Translations under genes and position numbers: made by a program
Virus record (IMG/VR): IMGVR_UViG_3300020581_000085
Location: 1-63,364 of that record
DNA length: 63,364 nucleotides
Direction: 5' to 3' (one strand)
Source of the DNA: a virus
Lineage: Duplodnaviria > Caudoviricetes
Shown: positions 38,602 through 47,907 of the stretch, in pieces
Position numbering within the stretch: the first letter of the stretch is position 1
Layout of the letters: every line of letters begins with the position of its first letter
Notes under the pieces: model-generated
Databases searched by the model: none
What the model saw: only the letters and a program-made list of their open reading frames with translations
Told to the model about the DNA's origin: nothing

Positions 38602-39518
38602 CGGATCCTGACCTTCATAACAATGGTTGCCCCGGGCACGGATATCCCCGCATTGACAGCTTCTTGGGCGATGTTGGACAGAAGTGAAATCAGCCTGTCG
38701 TCAGACTTAAACTGCGCAAACACCTTGTCGATATCGATTGTCTCGACAAACGGATAATCCTTGGCTGTTGCCGCCCTACCCATCCCGCCGCTGATCTTCG
38801 CCGCTGGCGCTGGCATATTCGGCTTGACGCCCGCTTGTTCTGCTGCAATCGCGGCCTTGCGCTTGGCTAGCTCCCAATCTTCAAGCGCCGTCCGGAGCTG
38901 GATAGACGACGATTCGGCATCATCCATAATCGGATTCCAGATGGCGCGGATGAACTTCTGCTCATCGAGGAGAGGGCGGTTCAAGGCATCATATGCCTTC
39001 TTAGCCTCACCCTTCAGCCCCGTCAGTGTGGATCGAAGGGATTGAGCCCGCGTAGCAGCTTCGTCGCTTTCGATTTTGAGATACTGCGGGACGGCGGCTT
39101 TGGCTTCCGCGATTTTCGCCGCAATTTGCTTTTCCGGCGGGATTTCAACTTTGACTGCGGCTGGTCTCCCGTCGTCGTGGATTGTAACCCCAGTGATGAC
39201 CGCTCCTTGTATCGTGGCATCAATGTCTCCCCACAAACCAGTGTCGCGGAATTGCCAAAACAAGGCTTCCGAAATTGGGGTCTTGCTTACATACGGCCAG
39301 CGCTCCCGCGCCTTCATATCGTCGACGTCGCGACCATTATCCTGATATCGTAGATCGCCCGTGAACGAATCGTACCAGATCGCAACGGCGCTCAATGTAC
39401 CGTCACGCGACTTCGCACGGTAATATCCTGCGCGAGGGTTGTCCGCGTCTATCGGGCCGCGGTCGCCCTTGAGAGCGGCGTAGTACCAATCCGTTGTGCG
39501 GTCGATATCGTCCATCAT
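38598..39518 (-). CDS. Hypothetical recombination-module protein with coiled coil
   Basis: C-terminal 'G..VPGA' as in Gp157-like proteins. Confidence 0.55.
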   Translation of the reverse strand: MMDDIDRTTDWYYAALKGDRGPIDADNPRAGYYRAKSRDGTLSAVAIWYDSFTGDLRYQDNGRDVDDMKARERWPYVSKTPISEALFWQFRDTGLWGDIDATIQGAVITGVTIHDDGRPAAVKVEIPPEKQIAAKIAEAKAAVPQYLKIESDEAATRAQSLRSTLTGLKGEAKKAYDALNRPLLDEQKFIRAIWNPIMDDAESSSIQLRTALEDWELAKRKAAIAAEQAGVKPNMPAPAAKISGGMGRAATAKDYPFVETIDIDKVFAQFKSDDRLISLLSNIAQEAVNAGISVPGATIVMKVRIR

Positions 39519-39860
39519 TGGGAGAGAATCCTTTTAATCCTGGCGTGCAGGAACTTGTGTCTGCTTTCCCATGAATACAGATGCTCAAACGCAAATAATA
39601 AAAATAGTCTGTGGACCAACGGCCCAGCCCAAAATGACCACAGCAACTTTCTCATTCTTTCGCTCCGAAGATAGTCATGTCCGCTTGACGGACTAAATCC
39701 ATGATGGCGCTACGCAGGGGCCACTCTTGGTACCCGTCGGTAGATAACTTGCTGGCGATATGACGCCATTGTTTTACAGTCATCGTGACCGTCATGGTCG
39801 CCAGGATTTCCTCTACCTTCTCTAGGTGGAACGTAGCATTTATGCCCGGATAATTGCTGC

Positions 39861-40265
39861 TCACTTGCCAAATCCCCTCTGTGATTTTGGGAACGGACGA
39901 CTCGGTATTGGCTTCGCCTCCCGCTTCTTTGTGCGCCCCTCAAGTCGACTGAACTTGCTCTTAAGCCAAATATCGCTTCCCTTGGTGGTGACCGTGGTAG
40001 ACGCCCCCGGCATCCTGCCAATCGTTCGCCTCAAATGACACGGCGTCTTATGTAGGGCGTCGATGAAATTGGGGTCATTCTGCGGAGGAAAATAGTCCGT
40101 ACCTTCCACGTTGACCGACCGCATAATTATGCTGGGGCGATGGTCGAACTCGATCTTGTCGTCCTCGGTGAAGATCGTCTTGCACTCGGCGCAATGAAAA
40201 TTCTGCCGGAGCAAAACCTCGGCCTTGACCTTCGGTGGGATGTTCTTGCGCTTTGGTCGGGTCAC
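39861..40265 (-). CDS. HNH-fold protein
   Basis: 'RQ...CAEC...EFDHRP...N...LH...CH..RT'. Confidence 0.7.
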   Translation of the reverse strand: MTRPKRKNIPPKVKAEVLLRQNFHCAECKTIFTEDDKIEFDHRPSIIMRSVNVEGTDYFPPQNDPNFIDALHKTPCHLRRTIGRMPGASTTVTTKGSDIWLKSKFSRLEGRTKKREAKPIPSRPFPKSQRGFGK

Positions 40266-40435
40266 CGGCCGTCCTCAATCTTCCAAGCCTGAGACATTAG
40301 ACCATCGACATCAGACCGGAGTTGATTTATTTTCTCTCGGTCCTTTTCCATGCGGTCAAGTTTCGAATTCACCGTCGCGACGTCAATGATAATGATAACT
40401 ATTCCGGATATCGTCATCCATTCGAAGAAACTCAT
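40262..40435 (-). CDS. Small membrane-anchored coiled-coil protein (first gene of leftward arm)
   Basis: MSFFEWMTISGIVIIIIDV...; 57 aa; stop overlaps the next GTG. Confidence 0.55.
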   Translation of the reverse strand: MSFFEWMTISGIVIIIIDVATVNSKLDRMEKDREKINQLRSDVDGLMSQAWKIEDGR

Positions 40436-40477
40436 AGCAGTTCCCCTATTTTCGTAAACACTACGTTGTCGCTTCCT

Positions 40478-40530
40478 GATTTGTCAATGGTCCCTTGTCA
40501 AATTAATTTTGATTGTGTATATCGCAAATC
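40478..40530. promoter_or_regulatory. Divergent early promoters/operator
   Basis: + strand TTGTCA(40495)-N17-TATATC(40518); two TTGACA hexamers on the - strand; AT-rich. Confidence 0.6.
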
Positions 40531-40779
40531 ATGGCCGCTAAAACACATCCTGGAGACGCAGAAGGCTGGGCGAAGGTTATTCGCTCTCTCCGCGCCCAAG
40601 GTCATAAGTTTCCCCATGCCTTCATAGCTTCGAAAATCGGTATTTCGAGGCAGAGTGTAAGACTTTGGCAGGCCGTTCCAATCGAGCACCTAGCCAAGGT
40701 GGCCGAATTGAGTGGGATGCCGAGGGCTAGAATTCTCCCCGCGAAATTCAAACAAATGCAGGAGTTGATGGGATCATGA
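40531..40779 (+). CDS. Cro/YdaS-like HTH regulator, probably leaderless mRNA
   Basis: 'IASKIGISRQSV.LW..VP.E....V...SG.PR..I.P'; ATG 7 nt after the -10 box. Confidence 0.75.
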   Translation: MAAKTHPGDAEGWAKVIRSLRAQGHKFPHAFIASKIGISRQSVRLWQAVPIEHLAKVAELSGMPRARILPAKFKQMQELMGS

Positions 40780-41288
40780 AAAAGCCGAGGCTGCCAAAGA
40801 AGGCCAAGGAACCGAAGGCCGCCAACTCCAAATCCAACTCTGTGGATCCGGAAAAGCGCGCATTGTTCCTCGCTGACCGCGATGCTTATGCCAAAGCCGC
40901 GGAGAAGCTGAAAAAGGCCCAAGCCGCTGTCCGGACGCTCGGCAAGACAATCAAGGCGGACGGCTTCAGTTTGAGACAGGTAAAGCTTGCAATCCAGCTC
41001 GAGACGCCAGAGGGCGAGGCCGAATTCAAATCCTCCGTTGCAAACGATCTTCTAGCCGCCCAGTACGTCGGCGCCGCGATCGGATCTCAACTATCGATGT
41101 TCATGGAGCCGGATAGGACGCCGGCCGTGGATATCGCCGCGGATGAGGGGCAAAAGGATGCTCTTGAGCACAAAGCGGCAAAACCTAAGTACGATCCGTC
41201 CACGCCGCAGTTCCAGATCTACATGGAATCGTACTTGGCTGAGCAATCTCGCCAGGTCAAGGCAGGCATCGGCAAACTCGACAGTTAA
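40776..41288 (+). CDS. Hypothetical DNA-binding protein, distantly GapR-like
   Basis: 'K.IKADGF....VK.AI.L' coiled-coil motif; resemblance only. Confidence 0.5.
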   Translation: MKKPRLPKKAKEPKAANSKSNSVDPEKRALFLADRDAYAKAAEKLKKAQAAVRTLGKTIKADGFSLRQVKLAIQLETPEGEAEFKSSVANDLLAAQYVGAAIGSQLSMFMEPDRTPAVDIAADEGQKDALEHKAAKPKYDPSTPQFQIYMESYLAEQSRQVKAGIGKLDS

Positions 41289-41328
41289 CCAAATCCTCCG
41301 GTGGTTGACCCCCTCTCCGCCGGATGAT

Positions 41329-41376
41329 CGAAGGCCCGCCGTCCAATCAGCCCGGATAGGCGGGCCTTCGTATTTT
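41329..41376 (+). terminator. Rho-independent terminator
   Basis: CGAAGGCCCGCC / GGCGGGCCTTCG 12-bp stem followed by TATTTT. Confidence 0.7.
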
Positions 41377-41388
41377 AGGTTAGGATAT

Positions 41389-41820
41389 ATGGATAACCTA
41401 CCGATAATCATAGAGCTTCTTGGCCCACCTAGAGGTAAGGGGCGGCCCAGGTTCCGTGTTATGGGGAAGTTCGTGTCGACCTACACTGACGCTGAGACGA
41501 GAAAATATGAGGACAGGCTGAAGGGCGAGGCAACGTTGAAAATGCTCGGTATTCCTGCCCTAGATTGCGCGCTTTCGGTAAGGATAGAGGCTCACATGCC
41601 CATCCCTCAAAGTTGGAGCAAAAAAAATACCGAGGCCGCCATTGGTGGTCGTTTTATGCCAATCACGAAGCCTGATTCAGATAATATCGTCAAGATGTTG
41701 GATGCTTTAAATAAAGTAGTTTGGAAGGATGATTCTCAGATCGTAAGTCTGTTCGTGCTCAAGCGGTATAGCGATAACCCAAGGCTCAGGATTGTGGTTT
41801 GGAAGTGGTTTGATCAATAG
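41389..41820 (+). CDS. rusA: RusA-family Holliday junction resolvase
   Basis: 'P.GKGRPRF', 'YTD..T..YE', 'KPDSDNIVK..DALN...W.DDSQIV'. Confidence 0.9.
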   Translation: MDNLPIIIELLGPPRGKGRPRFRVMGKFVSTYTDAETRKYEDRLKGEATLKMLGIPALDCALSVRIEAHMPIPQSWSKKNTEAAIGGRFMPITKPDSDNIVKMLDALNKVVWKDDSQIVSLFVLKRYSDNPRLRIVVWKWFDQ

Positions 41821-41885
41821 GTAGTTTACCTAACTGATTGATTCTAGCCATAGCGGTATTGACACATAGGCACGACTCAATCCAT

Positions 41886-41965
41886 AAAAAGGCGCGGCCC
41901 GCAGGGGACAAATCCTGCGGGCCGAATAGAAGTCCGATGCTCTTTGCGGGGCACCACCGGACGAG
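41886..41965 (-). ncRNA. Candidate counter-transcribed antisense RNA to ncRNA A
   Basis: - strand TTGACG(41997)-N17-TAAGTC; two hairpins, the last an 11-bp stem (41895-41924) followed after 4 nt by TTTTT. Confidence 0.5.
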
Positions 41966-42330
41966 ATTGACTTAGGACATATAGATTCCGACGTCAACCC
42001 TCGCCGTCAACCCCAGCAAATATCATCGGTTCCATAGGCCAGCCCGTCTAACGGGATAGGTCCTGCGAGCCTAGTCATGGTTGTTGCGGGATTACCTAGC
42101 CAAATCAATGAAACATTGGACGCTGGCGTTACGACGACCAGCACGAACGGCGCCTTAGCCTGATCTGGGGTGTTCGATCCGCCGCCGCATGGGTCTGTGA
42201 GTGTTCTGACAGAGCGACCCCAGAACAATACTCCTCGATCAGGTTCCGAAAACCGGAATCGCCTTCTGTTAGGCGGGTTTCCTCTGCCCGGTAGATTTTT
42301 CCCTTCGGGAAAAACTACCATAGTTAGAAT
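41890..42330 (+). ncRNA. Candidate long structured ncRNA A
   Basis: Promoter TTGACA(41859)-N18-CATAAA; nested helices (CGCCGT/ACGGCG, CCCGT/ACGGG, GCTGG/CCAGC, CCTGATC/GATCAGG, TTCCG/CGGAA, CGCCT/AGGCG); terminal cUUCGg hairpin. Confidence 0.55.
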
Positions 42331-42361
42331 AGTTTATCGATGTAAGTTAAGGGGACTTCCA

Positions 42362-42598
42362 ATGAACGGGATCGAGAGAATTGCATCTGTATCAAGGTTG
42401 AGTAGAGCCGCAAAGGAAGAGATGAAGAAATGGAAGGAGAAGTCTGGAATACGCGCGATAGTGCCAAAAACTCAAAACCAGAAGCTTGGGGCTAAGAGGC
42501 TTCGGCTCTTGGCTAGAAAGATGGACAGGCACGAGCGACGAAAAATATCCCTAGGACCAGCGAGCGAAGTGAGAATCATCAAGTCGTCTGGTGCCTAA
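42362..42598 (+). CDS. Small basic protein
   Basis: SD-like GGGGA; stop overlaps dnaB ATG. Confidence 0.55.
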   Translation: MNGIERIASVSRLSRAAKEEMKKWKEKSGIRAIVPKTQNQKLGAKRLRLLARKMDRHERRKISLGPASEVRIIKSSGA

Positions 42599-43989
42599 TG
42601 CACAACGTCGAGATTGAGCAAATCGTCTTAGGTTCCATTTTGATGGACAACCGGTTATTCCAGGTGGTGTCGGAGAAGATCAGCTCATTCGATTATTTCG
42701 AGCCGCTGCACGCCGAAATCCACGGGATAGCCGAAACCCTGATATCTATGGGTAAGCAGGCTTCACCTATTTCTGTGGTTACGTTCCTACCGTCAGATTT
42801 CAAAATATTAAACCTCACTGCACGGGAATACCTTGCTCGCCTCGCCGCGGCGTCGACAATCCCCACCGAAGTTCCCCAACTGGCCGATATGATCCGTGAC
42901 TTGTCCGACCGTCGCGCCCTAAACGGCGTCGCAACCGAGTTAGGAAGGGCAGGGAGTGGCGATCCGGGCCAGATGGCTACGGAGGCCATAGAGCGGCTGG
43001 ACGCGATCCTAGCAGCCCGTACGGTCTCTGGAGTGCCTTCCCTGAGTATGGAACAATCCATCGCCAGGGCGATGGATGCCGCGGCCAAGGCATATCAACG
43101 AGATGGCGCCATTTCGGGCCTATCCACAGGGCTGAAGGATTTAGACCGGAAACTTCTCGGCCTGCAGCGGGGCGAACTCGTAGTGATGGCCGGCCGGCCT
43201 GGTTCCGGTAAGACCGCAGTTTCCCTGTGTCTCGCCCGCAACATGGCAGAGAGGGGGCACAAGGGCATCTTCTATTCACTTGAGATGGGTGACGTGCAGT
43301 TATCCCAACGGATGCTGACTGACGAGGCCTATGACGCTGAGAAGATTGCCTATAGCTGGCTTAGATCGGGGCGGTTTAGGGAGAATCAGTTTTTGGCAAT
43401 CCGGGACGCCGGGTACCGTCTGCAATGTCTACCAGTGAGGATAGAACAACAACCTTCGATGACAATGGGGCAGGTAGCTACGCGAGCTCGGCAGCAAAAA
43501 CGCTCGAAAGGGCTGGATTTTTTCATCATCGATTATCTCGGACTGATGAAGCCCTCCGGCCGGTACGCCGGCAACAAAACAAATGAAATCGGGGAGCTCA
43601 CCGCGGGCATCAAGGCCCTGGCGAAGGAATTGGATTGTGTCGGTCTCCTATTGTGCCAACTTTCGCGCGGGGTTGAGGGGCGGGAAGACAAGCGCCCCAA
43701 CATGGGGGATCTTCGTGATTCGGGGAATATCGAGCAGGATGCGGACGTGATCGTCATGATTTACCGCGAAGCCTATTACCTTGAGCGGAAAGAGCCCCCC
43801 GCAGGGTCTGCCGAATATCTCGTTTGGTCTGACCGGATGCAGGCTTGTTACAACGAAATGCACCTTATCGTGGAAAAGCAGAGGTCGGGCCCGATCGGAA
43901 CCGTCAAGGTGTTCTGCGACGTCGCATCCAATGCGATCCGAGATCACGGCTACCAGCGAGCAGAAGATTTGAACCAAATGGCAATCTAA
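42598..43989 (+). CDS. dnaB: DnaB-like replicative helicase
   Basis: 'AGRPGSGKT', 'FYSLEM', 'IDYLGLM', 'QLSRGVE.R.DKRP...DLRDSGNIEQDAD', 'KQRSGP.G'. Confidence 0.95.
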   Translation: MHNVEIEQIVLGSILMDNRLFQVVSEKISSFDYFEPLHAEIHGIAETLISMGKQASPISVVTFLPSDFKILNLTAREYLARLAAASTIPTEVPQLADMIRDLSDRRALNGVATELGRAGSGDPGQMATEAIERLDAILAARTVSGVPSLSMEQSIARAMDAAAKAYQRDGAISGLSTGLKDLDRKLLGLQRGELVVMAGRPGSGKTAVSLCLARNMAERGHKGIFYSLEMGDVQLSQRMLTDEAYDAEKIAYSWLRSGRFRENQFLAIRDAGYRLQCLPVRIEQQPSMTMGQVATRARQQKRSKGLDFFIIDYLGLMKPSGRYAGNKTNEIGELTAGIKALAKELDCVGLLLCQLSRGVEGREDKRPNMGDLRDSGNIEQDADVIVMIYREAYYLERKEPPAGSAEYLVWSDRMQACYNEMHLIVEKQRSGPIGTVKVFCDVASNAIRDHGYQRAEDLNQMAI

Positions 43990-44003
43990 CAACGGAGAAT
44001 TGC

Positions 44004-44417
44004 ATGACTGCCCAGCTATTCGCATTCCCTGAGACCATCCAATCTCCACCAAAGACGAAGGAAAAATATACTGAGGAATTCGAGACCTTCTGGCTGGCCT
44101 ACCCTCGGAAGATGAATTGCTCAAAGCTCATGGCATTCAGGGCGTGGAAGAAATTAGACCCGGGCGAACAGTTGCAGGCAGCCAGAGCACTAGTAACATT
44201 CTGCAACTCATGTCGGGGTAAGGAAGAACAGTATATCCCCCACGCCGCCACATGGCTCAACCAGCGCCGATTCGAGACCGTCCAGATACAGATCAAGCCG
44301 CAGCAAACAATAAATATCGACTGGCCCACCGTGCTTAAAATCTATTCCAAAACAAATAATTGGAACTACTCTTACGGTCCTGCCCCTGATGAAAAAGGTT
44401 ATCGGGGACCAAAATAA
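44004..44417 (+). CDS. Stand-alone replication-protein C-terminal-type domain
   Basis: 'FETFWLAYPRK...K..A.RAW.KL', 'YIPHAATWLNQRRF'; no N-terminal HTH or iteron segment. Confidence 0.7.
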   Translation: MTAQLFAFPETIQSPPKTKEKYTEEFETFWLAYPRKMNCSKLMAFRAWKKLDPGEQLQAARALVTFCNSCRGKEEQYIPHAATWLNQRRFETVQIQIKPQQTINIDWPTVLKIYSKTNNWNYSYGPAPDEKGYRGPK

Positions 44418-44455
44418 TTTGACAAGGTATCGTGACATTGATAACTTGTCGAAAT
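44415..44455 (+). promoter_or_regulatory. Promoter/operator for the accessory early genes
   Basis: TAATTTGACAAGG identical to 40493-40505 (-). Confidence 0.55.
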
Positions 44456-45039
44456 CGAGAGGGGATTGCTATGAGCAGAGAGAATATCGCTAGCAGGATA
44501 GCCGCCAAGTGTTCGGATGATGAACTCGCCATGTGCATCAAACTGGATCACTCGCTGGTAGACGCCACGTTCCGCAGTTTCCGCGTTCTCGAGGATGTTT
44601 ATGAGATCGGGACAGGCCCGGATCCGGTAGAAGTGTGGCCTCGCCTGACCACGGTAATCGGGAGGACCGAATGATCCTCCGCTCCGACACGATCGGACCT
44701 CACGGCGAAATGCAGATGAAACTCGTCCATCGCCGCGGGTCGTATTTCGTCCAGGCCAAGCACGATTCGATGCCTACGCTGATTGGGTTTCGGCGGATTA
44801 TCTGCGACAACCCGGATCAGGCCGAAAGGCAGTATTGCCGTAGTGTCGAAGCGTCCAGCGCCGAGTTGGTTGCCGCGGATAGGGTATCGGCATGATTGAT
44901 GGCGCTCCGGTCCCGGTATTCACGCAGGAAATGCTAACCGAACTTCTCGCATGGTTCGCTATTTTCCTTGGTTTCTCGGCAATCATAATCGCGGTGGTGA
45001 GAAAATGACCTCATCTTCCCCTGATACCGGGGCTCGCCA

Positions 45040-45540
45040 ATGACGCTCGGCAGCCACCAAACCACAATCGGCAAAACCCAGACGTGGATTACGCCAAAAT
45101 TCATCCTTGATGACCTCGGGCCGTTCGATCTTGACCCGGCTTCGTCTTGGGTCCGGCCATGGGATTGCGCGAAAACGAATTGGTGCGGCGGAACAACCGG
45201 CGACGGCCTGGAGCTAGAGTGGTTTGGTCAGGTTTGGCTAAATCCTCCGTTCCATCGCTATGAGGTTTCGCGCTGGATCGGGCGGCTGGCTGCTCACGGC
45301 AAGGGCATCGCACTCGTTCACGCGCGTACTGAGGCAAAATGGTTTGAGCCGATCTGGCAACACGCCAGCATGATCGGTTTCCTGAAAGACCGGCTCTATT
45401 TTCATTATCCTGATGGGCGCCGAGCAGAAGCTAACAGTGGAGCGCCCGCCGTGATTGCCGCCTTTGGGTTAGACGCCACTATGCGTCTTGCTGAATCCAA
45501 GATCCCGATGATCCGTATAACCGAATGGGAGCGGCCATGA
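45040..45540 (+). CDS. Phage N6-adenine DNA methyltransferase (Dam-like family)
   Basis: 'WITP', 'FDLDPA', 'DGL..EW.G.VWLNPPF', 'ART...WF', 'RL.F'. Confidence 0.85.
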   Translation: MTLGSHQTTIGKTQTWITPKFILDDLGPFDLDPASSWVRPWDCAKTNWCGGTTGDGLELEWFGQVWLNPPFHRYEVSRWIGRLAAHGKGIALVHARTEAKWFEPIWQHASMIGFLKDRLYFHYPDGRRAEANSGAPAVIAAFGLDATMRLAESKIPMIRITEWERP

Positions 45541-46211
45541 CCGAGGATCTTGTCGAGCGACTACGCTGGGAGGGGAAATTCGGTTCCAGAAACCAGCTTA
45601 ACGATGAAGCCGCCAACGAGATCGAGCGCCTGCGTGGTGTTGCCCAATCACCTAGCGTGGATGCTATCGCGGCTGCAGTGCACGAAGGCCGCTTCTCCGA
45701 GGGCAAGGACCAAAGCAACTATTGCACGTTCGAAGATGAGTGCGAATCCGGCAAGATTTACTGCCGACGCATCGCCAGCTCGGTCATCGCCGCCCTAGCG
45801 CCCGGCAATGCTGGCGCGCCGTGGCCTGCCGATACGAACGAAGGACGAGAAGCCGTCGCGAGTTACATATATGACGCCTTCCCATTCGATGGACCGCCCC
45901 ACAAGACAAAACCAGCGTGGATTCCTCACGGCAACAGCGATTGGCAGGACAAGGCGAGAGAAACGGCAGACACGATCATCAACTTGCTCCGGCCCGGCAA
46001 TGCTGGCGCGGTGGAGGCGAACTACATTCGTCGCGTGGTTCTCGAAAACGCAGATCGTGCCGACGACATCGTTTTCGATACTGCAAGCCAGGAACAGAAC
46101 GGTGGCATATTGGGCATCAAGGCCGTTGCTGAACAAACGGCAGCTAGCTTACGCGCAGTCGCAGATCGGATCGCCGCCCCGCTTCCCGCAACTCAGGGAG
46201 ACTGGGAATGA
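45537..46211 (+). CDS. Modular Ead/Ea22-like hypothetical protein
   Basis: 'DLVERLR...EAANEIERLR'; internal repeated PGNAGA linker. Confidence 0.6.
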   Translation: MTEDLVERLRWEGKFGSRNQLNDEAANEIERLRGVAQSPSVDAIAAAVHEGRFSEGKDQSNYCTFEDECESGKIYCRRIASSVIAALAPGNAGAPWPADTNEGREAVASYIYDAFPFDGPPHKTKPAWIPHGNSDWQDKARETADTIINLLRPGNAGAVEANYIRRVVLENADRADDIVFDTASQEQNGGILGIKAVAEQTAASLRAVADRIAAPLPATQGDWE

Positions 46212-46742
46212 GCGAGAAAATGACGAATGATGAAATGGCTTGTGCACTTCGAAAGGCTGGCTGGTTAGTTGAAAGGCCGCTTTCGTCAAGCGCTAAGATA
46301 GCGGGCGCAATCTTCGTGGCCGCAAGCCTCTCGTTCTTGGGGTACTTCGCTTACATCGTTCACGGCCTGATGTCGCTTGGTCCGATTGAACACTACCACA
46401 TGTTTGGGTGACTGCCATGACAGACGCAATGCAAGTGAAAGAGGCGCTGCAACTTCGCCACGACGAAATCTCGAAATGGCTCGGCGATAACGCGCCATAC
46501 GTCGTGGCTGATCAGAAGCATCTGGACGAAAACACGCCGGAGCGCGCCTATTGGCACTACGGCTACAAAGCCGCCCTGTCTGACGTGCTGGCGCTCGCCC
46601 CTTCCCCCGCCGCGCTGGACCCGGTGACGGTGGAGGCAATCGAGCGTCAGTATTTCTATACGGGCGAGCCGGGAGATCATGAGGCGATTAAGGCGGCCTT
46701 CCGCGCCCTGATCGGCCATCCCGCCCCCACCGGAGACGGCAA

Positions 46743-47699
46743 ATGAAAATGCAAAATCCCTATTCTGTTATAGGTGATGCCTTTGTTGATTCCGTCGTCG
46801 CTGGCAATCGCGGCAAGATCGAAGGCAAGCAGGAAGGTCTGTCAGATCGCCTGCGGCAGTATGCCTATTATCTCACGGAAAACATGGTTGAAGCTGGAGA
46901 CGCGCTTTTCGTCAATGACCTGCTTGACGCAGCCAAACGTCTCAATCCGGCCCCCACCGGCAATGCGCCGGAGCCGGTGCAAAAGCCAGTCAATAAACGC
47001 GATGCTATGACGGTTTTACATGACAGTCTTCAAGAATGGAACACAGAAGAGTTTTGTAAGTCTGACTGGAACACGAAAGCAGCCCAACGAGCCATCAAGG
47101 ATTTAAACCGCGCCGGCTTTTTTATTGGTGCTAACGATGAGCTAGCGCTTCTCAAGGGATTTGTTTCTCCGCGTTCCTCTTGGGCAATCTACCGTGACGG
47201 GGAAATTGTGGAAGTGTGTTTCGAGCGTGGGGAAGCTCAAGCCATATTTGATGGGTTACAATTGGATGACGAGGATCAAAAGTACACTTGGTCTATGTGT
47301 CAAGTACGTAATAATATTGGTGTGGTAGTGGCATGGCGATGGAGACCAAAGAGCAGAAAGGCGGATTGGGATTATACGGCTAGCGCGGCATGGGTTGAGA
47401 AATACAAAACCACTATTGAAGCCGAACCGCTCTACGCCGCCCCGGCCAGCAATCCCCAAGAGGCTGGGCGCTGGCAACCCATCAACACGGCTCCACGCGA
47501 CGGCACAGTGATCGACCTGATGTTAACCGGCGGTTGTCGCATGACCGACCAATGGTGGGATGATGAGGACAAAAGCTGGTGCGGGCTTGAGGAGTCCATG
47601 TTTACACATTGGGCTCCCCTACCAGAACACCCAGTCTCATCGACAAAAGAGGCCGGGACCGAAGGCTTTAGCAATCCGGACGATGAGGACGAATTATAA
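46743..47699 (+). CDS. Modular protein with C-terminal DUF551-like domain
   Basis: 'EPLYAAP', 'WQPINTAPRDGT.IDL...THW.PLP'. Confidence 0.7.
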   Translation: MKMQNPYSVIGDAFVDSVVAGNRGKIEGKQEGLSDRLRQYAYYLTENMVEAGDALFVNDLLDAAKRLNPAPTGNAPEPVQKPVNKRDAMTVLHDSLQEWNTEEFCKSDWNTKAAQRAIKDLNRAGFFIGANDELALLKGFVSPRSSWAIYRDGEIVEVCFERGEAQAIFDGLQLDDEDQKYTWSMCQVRNNIGVVVAWRWRPKSRKADWDYTASAAWVEKYKTTIEAEPLYAAPASNPQEAGRWQPINTAPRDGTVIDLMLTGGCRMTDQWWDDEDKSWCGLEESMFTHWAPLPEHPVSSTKEAGTEGFSNPDDEDEL

Positions 47700-47907
47700 T
47701 GGCGACAGTCAAAACATACGATCCGCGCTGCTATGACCTCGCTGCAATCTTTCTTGGAGATGAGCCAGAGATTCACACGAAGGAACATATCCACGCACTC
47801 GCGCTCGAAATTCAGCAGTGCATCGAGGATGAAATGTATTTCATGCTGAATATTCCAGAACTCTATCCAACTCTAAGTAGAGTCACCTCTAAGAACGAGG
47901 TTTCGAA

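Noticed and set aside
41940-42095. C4-type antisense RNA assignment from TTGCGGG motifs
   Set aside because: Could not verify the C4 consensus or its target pairing by eye; left to an Rfam search
42007-42361. ORF 42007-42321 (-) and the 5' extension of 42170-42598 (+)
   Set aside because: No protein-like features; the SD-like sequence favours ATG 42362
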